Source: the human T2T-CHM13v2.0 reference genome, Homo sapiens. From it: a DNA stretch of 64,000 bases. Within the stretch, counting starts at the first letter, position 1; every line of letters starts with the position of its first letter. The position numbers and the translations under genes were made by a program. Shown piece after piece: positions 49,066-64,000 of the stretch. The stretch lies in assembly GCF_009914755.1 (NCBI RefSeq), contig NC_060929.1; one strand, written 5' to 3'. Below the pieces are notes generated by a model. The model made no database searches. It had not been told where the DNA came from and saw only the letters and a program-made list of their open reading frames with translations.

Positions 49066-50199
49066 TGGTAGATGTTTATGATAGATGTTCTCTATTAAAG
49101 GGGTATGAGTTATGAGCAAGTGATATGAGCTATGAGCCATAGCTCATACCACTTAATTAGAGACTTTGTGTTTTAATCCAAAGATGTGACATTTGAAGGA
49201 TGGTGTTACAGCAACTTGAGAGTTTAGAGCAGGGGTCACTAACTAAGGATGCAGGTGGGGAGTGTGACTGTGTAGGCAGCTGGATGGGATCTGGGGAACT
49301 GACAACACTCCATCTAAATGGACACAGAGGCTATTCATCTCTGTGAGTATTGCCCCACTAGAATGTTGCCTACTGTTTCCAAGTGTTGCAATCTGTATTT
49401 TTTATCTCACATTTTAATAGTAGAAACCATATAAAATATTAGCTTTACTTGGGCCAAAACAAATAATACACATACAGACTAGGTCAGCCTTATGGGACAC
49501 TATCATGTAGAGTCAAAGGTACTTCGAGACAACGGTTTCTGCCAATTAAAATAAAGTCATCTTCTATTTTCAGAAGAAGTCAATTAACATTTTGTATAAA
49601 GATGATCAAGTAGGTATATGTAATAAAGTGAGAAGCCCAAAACATTGGTTTATGGTTTTCTATTTTTCATTCACCAGATGGGTGGCATTGTATAAGTCAC
49701 CTGTCTTTTCTGAAGTTCACTTCATTTTCTTTAAAATAACAGGGTTTCCTGTGATTTTTATAGGATCTTATGATTGTAACTAAGATGTCAGTGTAACATC
49801 AGTATTCAAGATGGTTTATGAGTTTTTGTTTCGGTTTACAAAAATGCTGTATTTGAATAGGTTAACTTTTTGAAAATATATTAAATAATCTTTATCTTAT
49901 TTAGATATTTAAATGATACAGGCAGACTCAAAACCAAAATCACTATCTGAATGAACCAGTGCCAGAGGAGAAGGGAGAAAGGTGGAGAGAAGATTTAGTG
50001 AGGAAGAAAACAAAGATTTCCAGTCAAGCCACCAACCTACAACCTGTATCTGAAGTTAGCTGAGTAGAAGCAACTGAAAAAAAATAATAGAAAAGGGAAA
50101 TGGGTAAAGGACAGGGGTTAAAAAGAGAGACTTGTGACTACCTTACAAATTAAAATTGCATACTGTATGAGGAAAATTCGGGTCATGAAAGATAGCTAA

Positions 50200-51738
<1,539 letters not shown>

Positions 51739-51740
<2 letters not shown>

Positions 51741-51962
51741 TCCCAGCACTTTGGGAGTCTGAGGTGAGAGGATTATGTCAGTCCAGGAGTTCCAGAACAG
51801 CCTGGGCACCATAGTGAGACCCTGTCTCTACAAAAATAAAAAAATTAAAAGCCATTATCTAGATGTGGTGGTGCACACCTGTACTCCCAGCTACTCAGGA
51901 AGCTGAGGTGGGAAGATTCCTTGAGCTCAAGAGGTCAAGGCTAGTGAGACCTGTCTCAAAAA
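51739..51962 (+). mobile_element. AluJ (truncated, internally deleted)
   Basis: 'tcccagcactttgggagtctgagg...atagtgagaccctgtctctac...gaggtcaaggct'. Confidence 0.88.
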
Positions 51963-52055
51963 TGTCTATATATATATTCACATATTTTTATCTATACTTG
52001 CATATAGACATAATTTATAATGTAGCTTTTTGCATCTTAGAAAAAAAGCAAATCA

Positions 52056-53723
<1,668 letters not shown>

Positions 53724-53839
53724 GAAAGATTGAAGATAAGGAAATAGAAAAATATATACCAGGCAAATGAAAAACGAAAATAGCCGCTAACTATTTGGAT
53801 CACTTTAGTAAAAAATAATCTTTTCAAAAATGCATAATA

Positions 53840-54233
<394 letters not shown>

Positions 54234-54677
54234 TTAAGAGAAGAATAATCCATGTTTTAAAGATATTCTTTCAGAGAGTAAAAAAAGATACCGATATAAA
54301 CTTATTGGCCAAATTTGACAAAAATAATACAGGAAAAAATTATGGGTGAATTCCAGATTTTTCTTTGTTATTATTAGCTAGCTGATAATCAAATCAATAC
54401 CTACAATTTTTTTCCTCTGTTTATCACTTCAAAAATATCTAGGCTACTAGACCACCTTTAGAGGATCTAAAGGGCTTTAAGTTTTCACCAATAGCTGTTA
54501 TTCTCCTATTAGAATATAGTGTAAAGCAATGCAGATGGTGAACTCCAGCTTCAGCAAGTATTTTTGCATTCATTAGATCATACTCTCTAAGGAGTCAGGT
54601 AAATAATCATAATCACCTTGGAAACTCCTGATGCTTTCAACATTGCTATATTGAAAGGAGGTGCTCAGTACTGCTTC

Positions 54678-55234
<557 letters not shown>

Positions 55235-55769
55235 TCAATGGTTTCACTTTAAAAAAAATCCACCCAGGGCTAGGGATAAGGACACAAATAACGACCCTGA
55301 AATATGTAACCCATATGTATCTTGAGAATTCTGACCTTTTGAATCATGTAGTATTTTTAAAGTAGTGAAATAGCTTTACTTTCAAATATTTATGTTAATA
55401 AAAAGGAAACGCTAGTGAAGTATTTACAAGTAGAAGTTCATCTGAGCCAACTGCAACAATTAGACCTGATTTGTTAGTAGTACTAACATTATATCACTAT
55501 AAATATATCGACAGAATAAGGAAATGTTCTTTTTGTATTGGGCTAAACTAAATAATTTTTAAAGACTTTTAGAAATGAAATTTTATGTGTCTGTAATAGA
55601 CACAGTTTAATACACTTTAGTTGAATCATAAATTTTCCACTCAAAGAGGCCAATGATATAACTGAAATTCATAGTTTATTATATTAATAGTGAGAATGCT
55701 CCAAGGACAAGAATATTGTTAGAGGAAAATACTTATAACACCTATTCAGAAAATATTCAAGAAGAGTTA

Positions 55770-55955
55770 GACCTCATATTCAGTCAGAACTGTGCTCCCC
55801 TTTGGTGATCATATGAAGTTTCTTAACCTTGATGATCCTCAGTTAACTCACCTGTAATAAGAAGTAGTAATATCTACCTTGTATGGCGGGGGGAGGTCAG
55901 ATTTGAGATAAAGTATGTAAAGTGCCTGGCACATGATAAGCCTTCAGTAAATTGA
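55770..55955 (+). mobile_element. MIR
   Basis: 'cctcagttaactcacctgtaa...gagataaagtatgtaaagtgcctggcacatgataag'. Confidence 0.7.
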
Positions 55956-57007
55956 AACACATGTAATTTATTAATTAATACTCAGGAACCAAATAGCACT
56001 GCTGAATATAGGATGTGAATGCAGTCTTAAAAGTCATATACTTAATGAACTGCAGAGAAAGAATGAAAATTAAATGCAAAGTGAACTAAACACAAAAATA
56101 AGTCTGAATGTGTGTCTCAGTTATAAAATGAGCACAGAATTTATAGAAAAAAGTAATGAATGTAGAAAGCGTAAGTATGACACAGAGTAAAATATTAATT
56201 CAATTCTTAACTTGGATGAATTGGCAAATATGATTTAAGATCATCATTTTTTTAAAGTCAGATTGGGACCCAAGGGAACTGAATCACCACAGCTATAAGC
56301 CTTCCAGAAATCCTTTCAGAAATGGACTTCTAAAGGGAATTGTTGACAAAACTTTTTTGCTTATGGTCATAGAACCAAGTGTCCTTGCAATTGGCCTTAA
56401 GATATTGTTTTATCTCATAAACAATTTCTAGTTTTTATAAAAGATTGTTTTTTTCTGATGCTCTTGTTTCCCAACTCATTATTGACAGAATTTAGGTGAG
56501 GCCTCTGAGGCAGTATTTGGGAGGCAGACATTTTTCACTAGCTTCATTATGTGGGCAAGAAATGTAAATCAACCTGATAAATATCCTCCCAGGTAAAGGT
56601 GAGGGCCAATCAATGGAAGTGTTAAAACAAATTGAGTTTATAATGAAAAGAAGGATGTTATAAGGTAGTGCTGTTAATATTTTAAGATAGAAGTTGTGTT
56701 CACTTTCTGATGCCTGCATCAGAACTCATAACTGTGTCTTTCCGTCTACGAGGTAATTCTTTGTGTGTCTACAAAATTACCAGTTGTGAATTGTACGGTT
56801 TCAAAAGGGATTGAAATCAGAGTTTTGCTCTTTTGTTGATTTGGTGTGTCAATATGTTATGTATACACTAGAGAATCTTGGTGAGGATTCAGAAGCATAA
56901 AAGTTACAGGAAGTATTATATTTCACAATAGGTCATGTGAAAGCCTTAAAAGGCCTTCTTAAGGTAATGACAGAACATTGTGGATGGTCTAGTAAAGAAC
57001 ATGGTGA

Positions 57008-57143
57008 AGCCAGGCATGGTGGCTCACACCTGTAATCCCAGCTCTTTGGAAGCCAAGGTGGGAGGATCACTTAAACCCAGTTGAAGACCAGCCTGGGCAA
57101 CATAATGAGACCTAATCTGTACAAAAATAATAATAATTAAAAA
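57008..57143 (+). mobile_element. FLAM (free left Alu monomer)
   Basis: Single monomer with A tail; 14-bp TSD aaagaacatggtga (56994-57007, 57144-57157). Confidence 0.92.
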
Positions 57144-57839
57144 AAAGAACATGGTGACAAGATTTCCATTATAACCAGAATTTGTATAAGTAAAATATGC
57201 TTTATTATGAGATTAAATAACATTCGACTGTCATAAGTGATATTTCAATGAAATTATGATAATTGGAGCAGAAGGAAGTGAGAAAAGTTACAGAGGAAAT
57301 ATTCCCCATGTTGATGCTGCATAATGAGCACATGGGTTTACTGCCATATTCTATATTTATGAATGTTTTAAATGTTCTTTAAAGATGTTGAATGTGACAT
57401 TTGTTGATAACATTAGAATATATTTATAATATGGTATACAAAAAATAAAAACACAAAATGGCAAATGTAACAAACTCCACGTAGAAAACATAAGAAGGAA
57501 AGAAAACCAAAGTAGTCCAAGATATAAATAATAAATGTCTCTTGAAAGTGACATAATGGGTCATTATTTTTTTTCTATATAGTTACCTATAAATTTTCTA
57601 ACATTAACCAAAAAAGTGCAAAAACATAATTATAAGCATTGAAAACATTTTAGCATGCATTATTCATAAGAAAAAAACTAAGAAAGTACCCACATATTGA
57701 TATGAAAATTCAATATTTAAAAAATCAACAAAAGACATAATCATACTACTTCCTTAATCATGTTACTATCAAAAAGGGAATTATACAAGATGATCTGTTC
57801 AAAAGAGAACTAGGGGGATTCAGGGTTTGCCTTTTTGTT

Positions 57840-58070
57840 TAGCCCCAGAAGCCTGGATTGATTTGAGCCATTTTTTATCTTTGTGACTTTGGGAAATTTA
57901 ATTAATTCAAGTTTTCATTTCTATAGTTTAAAAATACAATTGTACAATTATGTAATTATACAAACAATGGTAGAACATACCTTGCTGGGTTTTATAGGGA
58001 ATAAATGAGATAATCTGGGTGAAGCACTTATTCCAATGACTTGTATATAGTTCTTAAAATGATTAACTAA
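57840..58070 (+). mobile_element. MIR
   Basis: 'tgtgactttgggaaatttaattaa...ggataaatgagataat...gaagcactta'. Confidence 0.65.
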
Positions 58071-58189
58071 TAGGAGTAATATGGTCCTGAGAGTGGCTCT
58101 CTGATATTTTATTCATATTATTTTATGTCTCTGTATTTTCTGCTCATGTAAAATTAATGGTCTTCTGCTCATGTAAAATTAATGATTTT

Positions 58190-59598
58190 AACTGCAGAAT
58201 GGATGTTGTGTTAGCAGACATGAAAACAACACTAATCTCCTTGTACATCTCCATCAGAGCTCTTGGGGTGATCAGGTGCATTGTCATTGAGCAGTAATAT
58301 TTTGAAAGAAATCTTATTTTCTGAGCAGTAGTTCTCAAGTAGTCTTAAAATATTCAGCAAACCATGCTGTAAACAATTGTACTGTTATATAGGCTTTGTG
58401 GTTCCATTTACAGAACATAGGTAGAGTAGATTTAGCATAATTCTTAAGGACTCAAGAGATTTTCAGCGTGATAAATTAGCACTGGGTTCCACTTGAAGTC
58501 ACCAGCTGCAGTAGACGCTAATTATAAAGGCAATTCGCCCTTTGAAACTTTGAAGACAGGAACTGTCTTCTCTTCTCTAGTTAGGAAAGTCCTCGATGGC
58601 ATCCTCTTTCAATAGAAGGCTATTTTGCCTACGTGGAAAATCTGTTGTTGAGTTGTAGCCAACTTCATCAAAGATCCCAGCTAGATCTTCTGGATCACTT
58701 ACTGCAGATTTTTCATCAGCACTTGCTGCTTCATCTTGCACTTGTGTGTTACAGAGATGGCTTATGTCCTTAAACCTCACAAACCAACCTCTGCTAGCTT
58801 CAAATCCTTCTTCTGCAGCTTCCTCACCTTTCTCAGCCTTCATAGAATTGAAGAGTTAGAGTCTTCCTCTGAATGAGGCTTTTGCTTAATGAAATGTTGT
58901 GCCTTATTTGATGTATACAGACCACTCAAACTTTCTCCATGTAAACAATAAGCCTGTTTTGCTTTCTTATCATTTGTATTTACTGGAGTAACACTTTTAA
59001 TTCCCTTCAAGAACTTTTTATTTGTATTCGCAACTTGGCTAACTGTCTGTTGCAAAAGGCCTAGCTTTCAGCCTATCTCAGCTTTTGACGTGCCTTCCTC
59101 ATTAAGCTTAATCACCTCCAGCTTTTGATTCAAAGTGAGAGACATGTTACTCTTTCTTTCACTCGAATACTTAGAGGTCATTGTAGGGTTGTTAATTGAC
59201 CTAACTTCTATATTGTTGTGTCTCAGGAAATAGGGAGGCCCAAGGAGAGGGAGACAGATGGGGTAATGGCTGGTTGGTCGATGGAGCAGTTTGGAACATA
59301 CACATTTATTTGTGGTATTGAGTGTGGTTTGTAGCACCCCAGAACAAATACAATATGGTACTAACATCAGAGATCACTGATTACAGATCACCATCAGAGT
59401 TATAATAATAATGAAGTGTCTGAAATATAGCCGAATTACCAAAATGCGACACAGAGACACAAACTAAGCACATGTTTTTGCAATAATGGCACTGATAGAC
59501 TTGCTTAATACAGGGTTGCCACAAAGCTTTAATTTGTAAAAAAACACAATCTCTGTGAAGCACAATAAAGTAAAGCACAATAAAACGAAGTACACTTG
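58190..59598 (-). mobile_element. Tigger1 DNA transposon, 5' ~1.4 kb (decayed transposase)
   Basis: Terminal 'gcacaataaagtaaagcacaataaaacgaagtacacttg'; peptides SLTLNQKLEVIKLNEEG and [18 protein letters not shown] (pogo/CENP-B-like HTH). Confidence 0.93.
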
Positions 59599-59739
59599 CA
59601 TATCTTGCATATTTAAACAGAGTTTTCTTTTCAGTTCAAGATTATATCATTGGTCAAATAAGTTTGAAGATTGAGGTAAATGATGGTGTCTACGTAAGTT
59701 TGAACAATTTCTATATGTTGCCACATTACTTAAAATCAA

Positions 59740-59790
59740 GTTAATTGACCTAATTTCAATATTGTTGAGTCTCAGGGAATAGGTAGGCCT
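59740..59790 (-). repeat. Isolated 50-bp copy of Tigger1 segment 59191-59240
   Basis: 45/50 identity; flanked by the direct repeat acattacttaaa. Confidence 0.9.
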
Positions 59791-60299
59791 ACATTACTTA
59801 AAGTTTACTAAACCAGGCAAATTTTCACCCCTAAATTCTGAAGATTTTGATTTTATGAAACTATACTATTGAAATTCAAATTCAAGTGCAAGTAAAAATC
59901 TCTTAGCCTTTCAAAGTGTCCCTAGTTACATCTCTCCAATATCAAAATATAAATTAGTTCAAATCACTTCTTCCACTAACCATAAATTTTTATTTCACAG
60001 ACCAAGTATTTAATCACTTAAACAATTTTATAATTAGCAACGTGTTAGTACTATAATAAGTAAAACCTCTTCTTAGTTCTAAAATTTAATATGTTAGTGA
60101 TTCTAATGAACTAATCTATAAGCCAATCTATGAATTTATCTTAGAAATCAGTGTCCCTAAGGCACATATTATATAGTGGAGTACATAAAACCAATACAAA
60201 TTAGAAATTTAAATAATTATAAGCAGTAATATTTAATAAAATGTTAAATGTGATCAAATCAACTGGTAGATTATAAACAATAGTTTACAAATTTTGTGT

Positions 60300-60475
60300 A
60301 GACAATATTTTTGTTGACTATATATTAAGCTGTCTTCATATTTTAACTCATTGAATTCTTATAATTATCTAATAACAAAGGTAGTGTCATTATTTTTCTG
60401 TTGCTCAATGAGCAAGATTAAGTTCTGCAAGTGCAATTGACTTTCCCAAGGCGGTTTAGCTAATAAAGTGCAGAC
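60300..60475 (-). mobile_element. MIR fragment
   Basis: 'aactcattgaattcttataat...aaggtagtgtcattatt...tgactttcccaagg'. Confidence 0.5.
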
Positions 60476-62544
60476 GGTTGTAAAACATCAAAGCATATGT
60501 GAGGTGTGTGTGTGTGTCTGTGTGTGTGTGTGTGTATTTTGTATATGTTGATATATATGAGTGGTGGGGAAACAATCACAAGCAGATGAAACATAAAATA
60601 TTGCATGCAGGTGACAATGACCATCTCTTCTTTTCATTAAATACCACTCTTACAATTCCAAAGAGCGTCCTTTGAAGTTCTTAAATATATCTTCTCAACT
60701 GACATTAACTTCACAATTTGACACTAGAAAACTGAGTTAGAGATACATTTAGGGGCTGCCAATTTGAAAGAAGAGGGCCAGAGGGGTGAAGGGAGTAAAA
60801 TAAAAGTTGAAGAACAATCTTTAAGACCAGCTGAGATTAAAAAGAAGAAACAACCTTTCTTCTTCACATTAATAGCATTTTTAATTCCAGTGTCAGACAT
60901 GTATTAAACACCTCTCTGACATTAATGTAAGATCAGTGGCTAATATGATGAGATATATAAAAGCCATATTGAATAAAATTAAAAAGTTTATAATTCTTGG
61001 CCATGCAGGACTGTAAAATCAGAGGTTGATATTAAAGGTTACTCTTGCAACCTTTAATAAAGAAGTCATAATCATTTTTCTAGATTAGGACAATGTTAAA
61101 AGTTATCCAGTTTGCCAAAATTAGGAAACTGGATAACTTCAGAGTGACTTTCTGCTATGTCCACATAACATCATTTAGTGTTTTCAACTGTTTTCCTCAT
61201 TGAAGAAATGTTATATGCAGACTGAAATATAGTTCCTGATTTTGGTTTTGCTTAAAATTCATGAATCTCTACAAGCTTTCTTGAAATATCGTACAAAGCT
61301 TGTTTGGGAAGGAAAATGATGCCATGGAAAGTTGAGGAAGAAACTAATTTATGTTTAACCTTTATACAGGGCCACCACATTGCATCATTCTAGGAGCTGC
61401 CATTGACATTGTCTTCTTTGCATGCCCCAAGGAGTGTTCATCCCCATAATAGAAAATGATAAGGCAAGTTACTTAACCTCTCTTTTAGTTTGCTGTTATT
61501 TGTATCTTTCAGGGTTGCTTGAGAAGTAAATTAAAGAAGATAAAAAATAACATAGTGCGCAATGCACAGAATGCGTCCCAAAACACTAGTTTTTTTCCTC
61601 TCTAATCATTCTTACAGAATGCCTGATGAAATCTTGTTACTTCTGCCACCAGATGTAACTGAAATAGCTTGGAATATTTGGTTTGTTTAAGCCACTGGAA
61701 CTCACTGGACTATTTTTAACTAATATTAGTAAGAAGGAAATTCTGTTCACTTACAATTAAGGAAGCCTACAAAAGTTGTCTTTTCATTAAAAAGATAATA
61801 TGCATTTAGGTAGTCATCTAACTCCTACTTAAAGCAGCATGTCTGTTCAAACATCCTTTATTTTCTTAATTTGTCTCAAAAGAGGTTTGCTTTATCTTAA
61901 GGGTGGTTATACCAGATAATGGGATAACCCATTGTCTAGAATGCAGAGTCTTTGTTATTTCTGACATGAATAAATATTTGACTGATTAGAACATGTGCTA
62001 ATATCACAATCTCAAATACTTTGTTAAACACTGTCAAAACAAGTAACATGAACCTTCATGATTATATATATATACATATGGTTTTATTTCTACTGTGAGT
62101 ATGTGACAAACAGTAAAATAGCATATTGCTTGCCTGGGAAAACCACATTTTGTGTTGTATTTACATTTTTATTTAATTTTCAAAATGAACTGAGCATTTC
62201 ACTACTAAAAGAATGTAAATAGATAATGTCAAGTAATATAACACTTGAGACATTCCAATGCAGATAAAAGTTATAGGTTCGTTACAATTAGATTCACTGG
62301 TGTTTGGCCTGATTTTTCACTTTTGAAGTATTGTTGCAGTATTATGAGAAAATGAAATGAATAAAATAATGATACATATTATGAATTGCTGTAAGGTTCT
62401 ACTCCTACTTAAGAGTTTGCAAAGCAGTGCTCTTCATGCTGGACCAATAATTCATTACACTGCTGTGAATTAAAATAGTCATATTTATTAAATACCCAGT
62501 GTGTCGAGTTATATCTGTGTTGTGACTTTCATAAAAGAATATGT

Positions 62545-62886
<342 letters not shown>

Positions 62887-63069
62887 CTAGTGTTGGGATA
62901 TTTGATTAGGAAAACAAGAGTTTCTCTGAAAGAAGAGGTCTCAAATTAAATTAGAAGTGATTCTTTGGGGAAAAAAAGAAAAACAATAGAAAGAAGAAAA
63001 ATGTTGGTGACTATGAGCAAGCAAAAACATCAAAACATCAAAGATCTTTTTTCTTCCTTTTCCTTTATC

Positions 63070-64000
63070 CTCTCCTTCTCTTCCTGAGTTAAGGCTTTCA
63101 GTCCTGATGCTCTGAAGCTAGGCAGAGCAAGTTAGGCATCTAGGTGGAAGCGTGGCCTGGTGTGGAGTGCTGGGAACCAAGCCAAGTGAACAAGGCATCC
63201 ACATGCAGGGAGTGATCAGCTTAGGGTATCAAAGCCCAAGCAGAAGGAGAAAGACATCAAAGGGTGGGAATGGCTCGAGTGGGGAGTCAGAATCTGAACA
63301 GAGTTAAAAGGAAATAGTCTATGGGATGACCTAGCTCAGTTTTAGAGTCTAAGCAGGGTGAGGAGGGTATCTTTGCAAATGAGCATCTTGTCATTAGGTG
63401 TCATAAACCAGGTGGAATGATGAAACTGACCACACATGGGAAAAGTTTTGATGTGGGATAGCAGAGCCCAAACAGGAAAGGATACAACCACATGGAGAGA
63501 AAAATGGTTGTGCATGTCAGAGGACAACTGTGCTGAGGAGACCCCTAAGGCACAGATGTGTGAAGAGGGTACCCACAAGGAGGTATCCTAGAGTGAGGAT
63601 GAATCAAAACTGGAGAGAAACCTCAAGACCAAATTAGAAAGAAACCATAACAGTAGAAATTACAACATATGTACATGTATATTCTCTAGTTCTGTCCACC
63701 AAGACAGTCTGCAAGCAATGATAGCCCAATAGCAATGAATATACCTACCATCCTAATCTTGGCTTCTAATGATCATTCCCCACTTGAAGGTATGAGTTCC
63801 CTGGAAAAATGGCTGAGTTCTGGTTTGGGCAAGGAGACTATAAGATGAGCCTGAAATATCACTGTATCCCAGAAAGCAAGTACGTGCTCAAAGAATGATG
63901 GGAATATCCCAAGAGTTCACAGAAGCTAGCTTAAATAGTGTTTCACTGAGCAAATCCATGACAAGTTGAGCACCCAAATAATGATAGCAATGTTTTGTGA
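63070..64000 (+). mobile_element. L1MC (L1MC3/4-like) 3' UTR region
   Basis: Degenerate 'agcccaagcagggtgaggagggcatcc' repeats, then 'tagttctgtccac...caatagcaatga...aagatgagcctgaaatatc'. Confidence 0.65.

Noticed and set aside
49229-49505. Possible hAT-Charlie MITE starting caggggtc
   Set aside because: Second TIR and TSD not identifiable.
58577-59578. Domesticated TIGD1-like transposase gene
   Set aside because: The reading frame is fragmented by frameshifts and stops, and the catalytic C-terminal part is missing.

Overview
AT-rich, CpG-depleted primate (most likely human) intergenic or deep-intronic DNA. I find no credible protein-coding exon, RNA gene, CpG island or CRISPR array. The ORF track is explained by repeats or by chance. 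About half of the window is interspersed repeat: 14 Alus plus a FLAM, L1s from young (L1PA2-like with a 5' inversion; L1PA5-like with an internal deletion) to old L1M, L2, MIR, L3/CR1, MaLR solo LTRs, MER2 and Tigger1. There is also one processed GCSH pseudogene on the minus strand. The structure that repeat annotation does not explain is a set of at least seven locally templated insertion or fold-back scars: two ~150-170 bp inverted copies of sequence 300-430 bp upstream, a 50-bp direct copy flanked by a target duplication, and several nested hairpin insertions. I do not see evidence for a new protein-based system. Repeat subfamily names come from recalled consensus sequences and percent identities are hand counts, so both need computational confirmation.
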